Origin: Octopus sinensis
Lineage: Eukaryota
Assembly: GCF_006345805.1 (NCBI RefSeq)
Contig: NC_043000.1
Location: 95,666,001 to 95,730,000, forward strand
Reading direction: 5' to 3'
Length of the DNA stretch: 64,000 bases
Of the stretch, positions 37,121 through 50,000 are shown one piece after another. Numbering within the stretch: the first letter of the stretch is position 1; every line of letters starts with the position of its first letter. A program made the translations under genes and the position numbers. Under the pieces are notes generated by a model. That model was not told the origin of the DNA. It searched no databases and saw only the letters and a list, made by a program, of their open reading frames with translations.

Positions 37121-39390
37121 AGAACACCCAAACTATTAATAATTTGACAATAAAATACAGAACAAATCTTGTTGTCATGAAGAAAAAATCCTCATATTAA
37201 CTTATAAATATTCCAATACATTCACTTATATATCATTTCAATTATCTCATAAAACTTGGTTATTGTATTTATTAAATTCTGCTATAAATAGGTTTATATA
37301 ATAAAAATTTTGAATTATGATGCAACCCTTTTTTTAAAATTAATTTTACTAAATATTACATACATCAGCTACAATTAAGTTTAAAACTTATTCAACACTT
37401 TCTCTAATTACCCTGAATTAATTCTCTACATTGCTTCCTCTACTTTCATCATCATGTTAACATTCATTGTTTCCATGTCTATGTTTGCACTAGTCAGATG
37501 GAGTTTAATGAGGCAGATTCTTGATGGTTAGGTATTCTTCCTGTCACCATCCCTCTTGTTTTCAAGAAAGGTAATTTTTCCCTATAGCCAAACATACTTT
37601 CACAGAACACTGGAAATGAAAGCTACTGCTTGTATGATAGTGAAACTCACAACTACAGTATCAACTTAAGGAGATTCAAACACACACGTCATTATTTTAA
37701 ATGCTTTTTCATGCTCGCATTGGTCAGACAGTTTACTGAGGCAAATTTTCTACAGCTGGATGCTGTTCCTAATACCAACCCTCACCTATAGCCAGGCATA
37801 TTTTTGCAGATATTGGAAAGGACATCCATCATTCATTTATAACAATCATGCAAAGTCAAGACAAGGAGACACAAATTTCTTTCAGTTTTCTTCTATCAAT
37901 CTGGAGATATAGTAGGCAACATTTGCCCAAGGTGCTATGCTGTAGGAATGATCCTGAAATCATGTGGTTGGGAAGCAAATTTCTTAACCACACAGTTCAC
38001 ACCTCCACACAATGGGCTTCTTTCAGTTTCCCAAACTTTACTCAAGACTTTGGTTATAACACAGCCATACTTTTCAATATCCATGCTAACATAGACTTTG
38101 CAAGTGTGTGTACACATGCAAAGCAAATTTTCACAAGTACTTTTATAATGAAGTATCTTTCCTAACACTACGTACAGAAGTGGCAACCATTTTTAGGAAT
38201 TTAAAGCAAAGTAAAATAAGTGTTTTGTCTAAAAGTACAATACAAATAACTGACAAAGTTTAACCTCATAACTTCACTGTAGGCTAGTAATTTACCTATG
38301 GAGCTATCTAAATGTAATAATCATAACTAGCGGAATCCATGAATATTTCATGGAATGGTAAGCTTATTGGGTTATTTCTGAAAACTGTCTGTGTTGTGTC
38401 TGTATCGAAAGATAGTCGCTCATCTGCTAATCATCGAAAAGTGAAGGAAGTTGGAATACTATAATGCTCTTCATATACTTCATGCACAATTTTGTAGACT
38501 TAATACACAGCACTCTCCCTCTTTTTCTTTTTTTATTTTACTCTTCACCTTTCCCTTCATCTCATGTGACTGCATGGAGGAAAAAAACTTGGTTAAATTA
38601 AAAAATAATACATTTCACTCACCACTACCTCTCCCACTAATCATGTGGAAGCGTTACAGACAGTTTAATTAACAGAGGAACAAGCAGAATTATTATGAGA
38701 CAACCAGATCTATAGAAATGTCACTATTCTAGAAAACTAAGACAAAATTACTGTTGAATTCTTTCTCTCATCTGCTGTAACAACTCCATTTTCTTTCATT
38801 CCTATTTTCTCTCTTTTACTTCTTGGCTGTTCCCATACTCACTGTAATGATTCATCCCTCTGCTTGTTTTACCAGACCCCTATACTTTTTTGTATGCCAT
38901 CTATCACTATTCATATTTTAAATATATAAAAAAAAATATCGAGGGTTCAGTCTTCACTGTTTAGCAGACAACAATCACTTGCACTAAGGTGTAAGTGTTC
39001 AAATGAGAATTCCAAGAAACATAAATTGTAGTTCAATAAAGGGGGAAAGGAACCCCTACATTCTCCACCATCCCTATCACTTCCACCAACATTCTAACCT
39101 ATAACCCTAACACCTGAAAAAATTACTACAGTTCTTACTTCTTAGTGTAACATGAGCATATGTGCACCAACATCTGTATAGCATTCATATATATTTCACA
39201 TCTCTCTTTTTAACACCCACCCCATCATTTTGCCTGCTAATTTGTTCAGAACTGCTGTTCTTTCTTTAAATGATATCCGTGTTTCATATTTTTCCCCTCT
39301 CCCACTAAACACTCACTATGCTCTCCTTTTGTCTGCCACTTTACTCAGTATAACTCCTCTACCTTCAGCTGAAAACTTTAAGGGTGTAAC

Positions 39391-39553
39391 AGACGTATAA
39401 ATATATAGACAGGTATACCCATTCAGACAAATATACACATACCTGCGTTCATTTGTTGATTTAGTTCGCTTAGACATATAAATATATAGACAGGTATACC
39501 CATTCAGACAAATATACACATACCTGCGTTCATTTGTTGATTTAGTTGGCTTA
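39391..39553. repeat. 81-bp tandem duplication spanning a KANSL1 exon/intron junction
   Basis: Units start at 39391 and 39472 and are nearly identical. Confidence 0.96.
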
Positions 39554-39620
39554 GGGGAAGGTTTGTTCTGCCATTCACCACTTTTTAACAGTGCTTCAAA
39601 ATGAACAGGTAATGGAATTT
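39524..39620 (-). CDS. KANSL1: KANSL1 internal exon (97 nt)
   Basis: tgtttcag|AA ATT CCA...CGC AG|gtatgt reads (E)IPLPVHFEALLKSGEWQNKPSPKPTKSTNER. Phase 1 entry matches the previous exon, and the sequence resembles the KANSL1 segment PxxLHFQSMLKSxWQNKP. Confidence 0.9.
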
Positions 39621-40919
39621 CTGAAACAGAAAAAATTATATGTGAGAGAGAGGTGAGGAGCTAAAATACTCCAAGAATTTTAATGTATAAAATCTTCAAG
39701 ATTGTGCATGTATGAATTCATATATACTTTATGTTAAAAACAGCTAGAAACAATGAAAAACTAAGTTACTAAATCTAAAACTATATGAAAGACTAAAACA
39801 AAAAAACCCCGAAGCTATAAAGTGTATCATTGAAGAGAAACAGAAAGAGTTAAAAGAAATAGTGAAGTCTGTACCAAATAAGGATAGTTTGATAAGCATC
39901 ATCTTAAGTATGACTGGCTAAAATGAGAGGATTAGCTACAATTCAATAGCTATTCAGTTGTCAAAAAATAAATATGAGTGATAATATCAAATGGTTAAAT
40001 CATAGCTATGTAGGCGAATCAGAGTATGTTTTAAAAAATGATTTACAAGGGAAGTGAAACATTCAAATAAACAAAAGGCTTTTATATATTCACTAAGTTT
40101 CAATCATGATTCATGACTGACCATTGTCTGTTGCAAGTCATTTTGGTACCTTTTTTTACCACACGTATACTATCATTTTGTACAATAAAAGGACTATAAA
40201 CCTTTCATATGTACTTGTTATCTAAAGTATACAAATTTCTCTTTAGAAAGACAAATATTTAGTGAGACTATTGTTCACAATTTCATTTATTTTTTAAAAC
40301 TAAAATTACACAAGCATTACAAATTTATCAAATCAATGCAACGTTTGAAGGTCAAGCCAAGATCAATAGCAGGTACAAAGAGAAAATTTTATTGTGAATT
40401 AATAGTTGTAAGATTGATTTTAAAATGGCTCATCATAGAGACCTACTAAAATGCAACGGTTTTGATCAATATGTAACAAAGCAAAACAATGTACTCTCTA
40501 ACACTTTTGGTACCAAACCACTTGAGACTGCTTGGTTTCATTGGATACAAACTTCCCCCTTTAGAGTTATCTAAATTTAAATCTTTCAGCAAAATTTCAT
40601 GTTATGTTCCAAACACCAGCTTAATAATAGTTATTTTACTAAATGCTTCATTAACTTTAGGACTAATTGAAAGAAAGGTGGTATATTTCTACAGAAATAT
40701 GGTAACAAAAAGGTTTTATCTTGTTTATATGACTATTGTTCTTGTGGTACACATCAACAAAGATTTCCATAAAATGCTAGTCCAAAATAAACTTTGGAAA
40801 CCAAATAGTAAAAGTTAAAAAAACTGCAAAGAACATGATTTTAATTAAGAACTATACACCAAAATATGTGTGCTATCATGATAGCATAGTTTACAAACAT
40901 ATATATATATATACACACA

Positions 40920-42000
40920 CAGGGGTATTTGAGGACATTTCATTTTTAGTTTGTTACACCTTCAAATTATTTAATGTATCATTTTTTTCCCCCCAGCTAA
41001 CTTTTTCAAGATATACTAACTCAAGAAATGAAAAGACATGCAGTCATAGTTGCTATACATGCAAACCACAGTGATTTAAAAATTAGCAACTTTCTAAATG
41101 TTGCAAGACCATTTGTACACAAAGTTCGGTTGGAACTGGAGATATGAGGTGATAGTGTTTCACCTGAATCAAAGACAAAAAAAAACATTCACAATACTCA
41201 GACACTAAAAGGACACCGGAATTTATACATGTTCAAAACATTATTGATGAAAACCCCAGATCAATGAGATCCATTGCTGACGAAAAAAAGCTGACCAGGA
41301 CCAAAAGTCTAACAGAAGAAATGACAGATGGTTATGTGCAGATCCTTCTGAAGTACCCAGAGTGATGCGCACGAAATTTCCAGCAACTGTGATGGTTTTA
41401 GGAGTGGTGAGTAGTGAAGGTCATGTGATGTCTCCCCACTTTTTTCCATAGTGTCTTAGAATCAATGCTGCCGAATACATTGAGGTACTAGAAACTGTTA
41501 TCAAGTCCTGGATTGATGAAGTATGCAATGGAAGGTCATACGTTTCAACAAGACTCAGCACCTTCTCACAAAGCTCTAGTCACCGAAGAATGGTAGTCAG
41601 ACAATCTTTACAATAATGTAACACCAATATGTGGCCTCCAAACTCACCAGATTTGAACCCCACTGACTATAGTGTGTGGAGTACTGTTGGAAGGGAGACT
41701 AATCATCATCCTCATAATATCATAGCTTCACTGAAGGCCACCATTGTCCAGATGATGTCCGAAATGAATAAGGACCATACAGTGTCAGCATGCCAGCAGT
41801 TTTGGTCTCTCATTGAACCAGCCATTGAAGCCGAAGGTAGTTTCATAGAATAATATGCTTAAAAAAACCATTATCAAAGCTAATTGCACAAATGTTTATT
41901 CAAATATGTATTTATTTATGCTGAAATAAATATAAATATATATATATATAACTAGCCAATTCTGAAATTCGTATTTTTTCCAGCTGGAATCCACCCTTTT
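40920..42000 (+). mobile_element. Decayed Tc1/mariner-superfamily transposon (maT/DD37D-like)
   Basis: Fragments PATVMVLGVVSSEGHVMSPHFF, QDSAPSHKA and WPPNSPDLNPTDYSVW...IEAEGSFIE* (track ORF 41629..41853). TIRs are not clearly recoverable. Confidence 0.85.
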
Positions 42001-43619
42001 TGTAACAAGCATGATATATCTGTTTGTATTATTGCTCAAAGATTTCCTAATCTAAATAGAAAACAGGCTAACAATAGAAAAAAAAGGAGAAATTCAAAGT
42101 TAATAGAGCCATTCAATAAACATATTTAGCCAACTCTACATTTCAGCAAACAATAATTAAACCGAAGGTAAATGAACATTAGCATATAATTTAATGCTTA
42201 GCTAACAACTCAATATATTTACATTTCTCTAGCATGAGACAAGTTTGAGCAGGTTTCTTTCTACCTTATTTTTGACATATTCAGCAAAGTATATAGCCTC
42301 TTCATAATTTACCAAAATAAGTGAGGATTATTCCATTTCTAAACAATTCTCCAACATTCTTTTACTGGATTCAGAGTATCACATTCAAGAATTTTTAGTC
42401 AAAAACAATGCTACCCAGTATATAGTCTGGTACTTTTCTTAACTACACAACATCAACATGTCATATGCCGATCTTTCAGCAAGTTTTGGAGAGGCTTATT
42501 ACTTGCAGAGAACGTCGTAACTAAAACAAGTAATTATTTTCTAGTCTTGCTGAAAAATGGTCAACTGTATATGCAGGTGTGGCTATGTGGTAAGAAGTTT
42601 GCTTCCCAACCACATGGTTCAGAGTTCAGTCCCATTGTGTGGCACTTTGGGCAAGTGTCTTCTCTTACAGCCTCAGGTCGACCAAAGCCTTGAGTGGATT
42701 TGATAGACAGAAAGTGAAAGAAACCCATGTATGTGTGATCCCACCACCACTTGACAACTGATATTGATGTTTTGACATCCAATTAACTTAGCAGACTAGC
42801 AAAAGAGACCGATAAAGTACTGGGTACAATTCGTTTGACTGAAATTCTTCATGGCAGTATCCCCAGCATGGTCACAGTCTAATCACTGAAACAAGTAAAA
42901 GATATATATTTCTTCCTTACTGCATATATTATTCTTCATTAGTTGTTTCATGTTCAGCAATGTAACATATGCTGCCCCTCACACACACCTATTTATCATG
43001 CAGAAGAATTATTTAGTTTTCTCAATCATTTGGTCAACATATGTTCTAATAATTAGAACTCGGTTTCAATTTATATAATTAAAATAAATGAAACTGCCAT
43101 TTCTTCTCTACACTTAGCACAATCTATGTAATTCCACAACGCATTAGTAATTTTATATCTGCAAACTTACTTCCCTTTGAACATTATAACCAACCAAGCA
43201 TTTTTTTTTTTTTTTTTTGGGCTGCAACTATAAAATAATTTTGACTAAAACTTTTCAACTAGTTGGAACAAAGGCACACCTAATCAATTCCAAAATATTA
43301 ATCTACTTACCAAATGCTATTATTACAGGGCAAAATCTATACATTACCATGATAATCAACCTTTTGGCTCTATCACTATAATTGAGAAACTCAATTACAG
43401 AGCAGTAGTGACTATACTGCAATCTAAGTAACTGACAAAAATTGGTTTATCAATGGTTTCAACTTCAGAATTAAGCATAATAGGGTTAAAATTAAAGGAA
43501 AATATTGAGGGTTAACTCAACCTTTGAGCAAGCAAAGCAACAGAGACAACCCAAAACATTTTTTTAGAAATTGGAGGTGTTTCTATTGTTTATTAAACTA
43601 GATGTTATTATTAGCTAAC

Positions 43620-44050
43620 CATAAGATTGGCAGAATCGTAAGCATGCTAGGTAAAATGCATAGTGGTATTTCGCTTGTCTGCATATTCTGAGTTCAAATT
43701 CTGCCAAGGTCGACTTTGCCTTTTATCCTTTCAGGACTGATAAAATATTACATTGGATTGACCCCAATCACTGTAATTGACTTACCCAACCACTCAGGAA
43801 TTACTGGCCTTGTGCCAAAATTTGAAACCATTATCTAACTCCAAGATGGTGAGCTGGCAGAATTATTAGCATGCCAGAGAAAATGCTTAACAGCATTTTG
43901 TCCATCTTTATGTTCTGAATTCAAACTCCACCAAGGTTAACTTTGCTTTTTATCCTGCAAAAAGTCACTAAAATAAGGATCAATTCAGCACTGAAGTCAA
44001 TGTAATTTACTACCCCTACCCAACCAAAAATTCAAGCCTTCTGCCTATTA
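43620..44050 (+). mobile_element. Two tandem CORE-like SINEs
   Basis: GGTGAGCTGGCAGAAT...GAGTTCAAATTC...AAGGTCGACTTTGCCTTTTATCCTT resembles the CORE domain. Other copies lie at about 20600-20750(+) and 10940-11135(-). Confidence 0.7.
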
Positions 44051-47000
44051 AAAAAAAAAAAAAAAAAGATTAATTAGCTAACCCATGGTCGTCTTATTTA
44101 ACCCTACCATGGTTTGATAAATGTATTGCAGATAATCTAACTTGCTTTTTATGTAATTGTAAAAGTTATTAATTACATCAGATAAAACATTTTTCCAAAT
44201 AAATAAAAAAAAATCTATCATTGAGAAGTAAAATGCTTGCAAATTGCTATATCCATGTCTTAGTTTTTTAATATAATAAAATCCATAAATATTGTATTTA
44301 TTTCTAAAACTATTCTATATACAATTTGATAGTATATTAATAGTATACAATTAATTATTTAAAAAATAATCTCTGCCAAATCTATTCAATTGATTAATTG
44401 CCAATTAGGTAGGTGATTTGTTCCTTATAACTTTAAAATTCAACACTTCATCTGAAAGCAGAGCATTACAATAATCTACAGTCTGAAAACAATCTTATTC
44501 TAAGAGCTTTTATCATTACTTGTTAGTCATTCAAATGTGGCCATGCTAGAGCTCCATCTACAAGGATTTTAGTTAAACAAATTGATCCCAGTTATTTTTG
44601 AAGCCTAGTAATTTGTCCTATAGCTCTACTTTGCCAAATCACTAAGCCACAAGAATATAAACAAACCAACACCAGTCATCAAGAGATGGTGCGGAGCAAA
44701 CACACACTCATTTGTGTCTATCAAATCTACTCACAAACCTTTGGCCAGTCCAGGACTATAAGCAGAAACACTTGCCCCAAATGCCATGCAGTGGGACTGA
44801 ACTCAAGACTACATGGTCAGCAAGCTTCTTACCCACAGACATGCCCATAGCTTCCATTAAAATTTTTTTTTTCTAATTACATAATGCCAAGAAATCTGAT
44901 ACAAAGAATGTGCTCCATCATTAATGATGGCCAATTAATCATATCTATGTAACAATTTTTTTCCTGTAGTTTTTGAAAGATATTTTATGGACATCAAGAA
45001 TTAATACATTGCACCAAACAATTTGAAAAAAGTCTTGAGTTCTATTTAAAAAAAAAAGCAATTTCAATGTTTCCTAAATTATAAAATGTAATGGCGTATG
45101 ATTTTTTTCTTTTAAATCTCCAAATATTCCAAAATAGTATTCACTCTTGCTTTCCTATACAAAATTAACAAATTAGCACTCCTCATTATGATTGCATTAT
45201 TTTTATACACTAATACACAATAAATCTATTCACCACTTTTTGGATGTCTGTAGATAACAAAGAAATCAATTATTTCTATCAAATTCAGTTTTGGATAACT
45301 CAAAAGAAAAAAAAAAACACTAACAGTCACACCATTTATATTTTTAAAAAATGACACCAATTCTGAGCTGAATAGTATTTTAAAAAAGACCATCTTGATA
45401 ATTTTAAGGAGAGAAAATGTTTCCAACCCTTGCAGGTGGTAGCCTCAGATTCATATAGTTGATGTTATTACCTGCAGGGAAAACAGACAGAGGTAATTTT
45501 AAAAAGTAAGAGATCTGGGGATAAAGAATCGAGTGAAATTTTGGGGTTGAGGCAAAATAAAAATAAGAGTGTAGATAAAACAATACATAGCTCATAAGTT
45601 CAGCAGAATAGGAAATGCTATAGTGGTAGAAAAGACAGAAAGAGGATACAGTGCATCAGTGGGCAAGTGGTTGTAAAGTGTTAGTGACAGAAAATTTTTC
45701 AATTAGTTGGATGGCCTACTTTTTTTCTTTTTTTAATGTAGTCGAGAAAGCTTGCCTGTGTAGTAGTAACAGCAGCACTATCAGACATGTGAGCAGTAGC
45801 TAATTTGGGGAGTGCACTAACATCTTACAGCAGCACTCAAATGTACAGAATTGAAGTTGTTCTGGCAAAGATTGCAAAGACAAGTATTTACAGATTAGGA
45901 AAATTTTAGTTGCAACAAGTGAGGAATATAGAGAAGGCTCAGTGTTTAGTTCTTTACTTGGTGTGTGTGATAGCTGTGTCTTCATGCTATTGAATAAAAT
46001 AAACTTGACATATTTATAAGAGATTTCCAAGGTCTTTGTTAATGGAAATAGTGCATATCAGCCCTTGCATGCAAATGATGCCTGGGCACAAATGGTGGCC
46101 AAGGAATGAAGAGTGATATAAAATACATGAGTGATGTAACCACATGTGCAGGAGCAAGTGTGCAGGGAAACATCTGAACCTTCCTGTGGTACACCAAATT
46201 TTAAAATTAGAACTATATTAATCCTTTTGATAACAAACTGTCCAAGACCACCCTGGTTCTTCAATACAAGACAACTTGAAGTGATCTAAATTAAAAACTA
46301 ACATCAAAATTTTATGCAAATTGAAGTTTCAAACACCAGCTTAGTAACGACAAAGTTATTTTACTAAATTATTTGGTATTTTCAAAATTAATTGAAACAG
46401 AAGCAATACATTTCATCAGAAATATGGAAACAAAAAGAATTAACATGCTGCAATGTAGCAATCTGGAAGTTTCCAAATCACAAGAGGTGATATGTAGAGC
46501 ATCTATTCTTAGGAGGTTCTTAGAGTAAGTTAGTCATTATATAACATTAACCACTTCTATATCATGCATTTTATATAGTGTCAAGCCAATTGTACTTATT
46601 TCTACTCTCTTACATCCTTATTGTAACTGTAAGTATAATCTGTAGATATATGTAACTAAAACTCAAAACACAACTTTTGGATCAATCATATTAAAATTAG
46701 AATTTTAAGATGTTACTGTTTTAATAAAAATGTTGCTTTTACTTTTAACACAATCTTTGCTCAAAGTTTATACCTTACTTTCAGTGTTTCCTCTAAGCAA
46801 TGAGTTTGTGCACACCAGGTTTTTTTTTAATGAAATCAGATATTTTACTCAAGAAATTTGAATGGTGGTTATTTGCATGGATGCACACATGCTTTGCAAA
46901 GAAACAAAGACAAAATCTGCACAGAAGTAAATTTATGTACACACTTACACAAAAAAAAAAATTAGAGGGAACATTGCTCACTGTTATACAGTTCTCATTC

Positions 47001-50000
47001 ACAATATTCATCTCCTGAGTTAAACCTAGATTCACTCCTTTGTCATTTCCAACCACCTGTCTAATTTATGCAGACTTATATTGTCATGACAATATTGTTA
47101 TAACAATCATAGCTTTAAAGATACAAAAGAATCTGTTCCTCGCAAATTTAAGTACTTTCAGATTTCACTATTCTCATATAGTAGTTATAAAGCGCTTTTA
47201 AGTTGTTTTCAGTATCTAGAAATAAAACTTAGGTTTTAAACTCATTACACTGTTTTATGTTTCAGAATTTCTTTAAAAGTTAGAAAAACATATATTGAAT
47301 AATGTATCTCTGTACATAGATGCAAGTGTGTGTGTATACATATATTTATATAAACTTTTTAATCACCCGGGCAGCAATGTTTCTCCTGGTAGATACAATC
47401 ATACAGTTATGATAAAGAGAACATAATGTTTCTCTAAATTTAAGTTTTAAAATGTATTATGTAACAGTACATGTTACCTCTGTACAATATTACACATTTT
47501 CATCAATCAACTCATGACTGCATAGTTAAGTTTACTTCCTACCCACATGATTTCAGGTTCAGTAACACACCACCTTGGGCAAGTGTTTTCTAAAATAGTC
47601 TTAGGCTGACAAAGCTTTGCGATTTGATAGATAGAAACTAAAATAAACCTGCAGTGTATGTGTATATCTGTCTTAATATCATGCAAGTTGCAAATAATTA
47701 TCACTGTCACAGAAGTAGTGTACGTTTCCAAACTTTTTTTAAAAAGCATGTCATGGAAAAGTAGTATCTCGCTTGAAACCAAAGATTTGCAGGGGAGGAG
47801 GGGGTGTTAGAAAAATTGCCTTAACTAATTATGTCAGACCCATACAAGCATGGAAAAGCAGACATTAAAACAATAATGATATGCTTCCTCAGCACTTGAA
47901 AAAATATATATTTACTATCATGAAGCTAAAACAGAAGTAATCTCAAACACTCTCCTTCTAATAAAATGACTGAAAACAATATTTGCTGGTGCTATTTACA
48001 CAATAAAAATAAAATTAAACACATTTATTTTTTAAAGTTTCAGGTCTACATCTTTCCAATAGAATTTCCTAAATTACATAAATGCTATAGTTATGAATGA
48101 CCATGGGATTGTACCTAGAAAGTTCCCCTCAGAGGCACAAGTCTCAACAAGGTTGGTTGTAGAAGACCAACAGTCATTCATGCATACCAGTCACCCCTTT
48201 CCACACCACCGATGTTGTCCAAAGGAAAGGCTGATACAGTTTGGCACCAGTAATGTCACAACTCATTTCTACAGCTTACACAACACATGCTCCAGCCCAG
48301 GAATCAAACTGACAACCGTACGATTGTAAGCATGACACTAACCACCAAGTCACGTACGTTCTAATTACATAACTCTTTACAATCAGACTTAGTTACCTGG
48401 TTTAACAACTCTGTAGATCTTAAGAAAATCATTCCGGATTGAACTTGAAAACTTGTTACTTTTCATAATGAATTCTTTGCAATTTAGTTGGGATCTTTTT
48501 CCTTTTTCAGGTATTCTTTGATTTTATGTACTTATTTTAAATTCTATAACTGTAATATCTTGTCTATTCGGCTTTCCCACTCCTCCAATTTTACTATCAA
48601 TTTCATTAAGGATTGAGAACTTTTACCTATTTTTGATGTTTTCCACATTGTTGCTTAGCCACAGTTGAGCAAACCAATGAGCAAAGACATTTCAGCCATG
48701 ACCACACCATCCTATTCAGATAATGCATCAAATACTACATTCTCCAGCAAGGCTGAGATTCTAGGCAAATTTGGATACGATTTCAAGCAGATCAAGACAT
48801 ACCACTCAGTGACCTCTCATTTGCTTGGGTTTTGTTGTTCCTATAGGAACCCACTTTTTTAACTGTAGCTGCTACATAATGACTTTTACTGATGATATTA
48901 AAGTCCACATCTGTTTTCGTTTATCTTTGAAAACTAGATTTGATTTTATTGTTATTTCTGCTTTATTAAGTTTTAATGCCAAGAGAAGAGTATTTTCTTA
49001 AACCACAGAAAGAATTATGGATTTTAATTTACTATTTCCAACTTAAAAAATTAACGTCATCTTCAAAAGTTTGAAATATTTCTCATATTCCTTTTTATCC
49101 AGGTTTTAGTTTTTAGTATCCTATAATTGTATTTTCATCAGTATTTTGTAGGTTGGTTGTTTTATATGTGCTATATCTATCTATCTTCACTTAAATTCTC
49201 AATATATTATTAACATTAGTGATTTTATTCTTGCTGGCATTTTGTTGTTGCTAATATTTTCTTTCTAAGTGCCCTAGTTGTATATGTTTGATATTGTTTT
49301 TGGTTTTGGAAATTTATCAACTTAAATTGAAGTCAGCTTTAAATAAGCTTTATTTTCTTTCCAAATATATGCAGAACTTTTTCATAGGGTAAACAGAGCT
49401 ATAAAAAATGTGTTGTATAGAAACATCTTTCTCCTGCCCACTTAAGGCTTTATAGGGCAAGTGTCTACTTCTATAGCCCTAGGCTAATCAAAGCCTTGTG
49501 AGTTGATTTGGTAAACGAACTGAAAGATACTTATTTTATTTATATATATATCTACACACACACACACACATACAGGTATGTTTGTGCCTCCTTATCTTGA
49601 CATTCTATGATAGTTGTAAATTGACTGTCACTGTTATACAAGCAACATCATTCATATCCATTGTTACCTTGCTTGGAAACTGGTGAGGGTCAGCGATAGG
49701 AAGGACAAAATCTGCCTCAACCAAACTTTGTTCGACTCACACAAGAATAGAAAAGTAGACATTAAAACAACGATGATGATACAGGACTTGAAAAATAAAA
49801 GCCTTCATTTTGATTGTCATAATTTTCACTGGAAACCTGTTCATTTGTTTTACCAAAGCAGACTTCAGCATGTACCATTTCGCATACTTTCTTTACACCA
49901 AATTTAAAGTATGCATTCCAGCTTTAATCTTGCATTAGATTTAATTTGTATTGTTTGCCATTAAGTGAAAGTCCTGGAGTTCATGTAGTGATCTAACATG

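Noticed and set aside
45428-45471. Cassette microexon of KANSL1
   Set aside because: The only nearby GT (AGG|GTTGGA) is a weak donor and gives 44 nt, which breaks the phase-1/phase-1 frame. It is kept only as a possible terminal exon.
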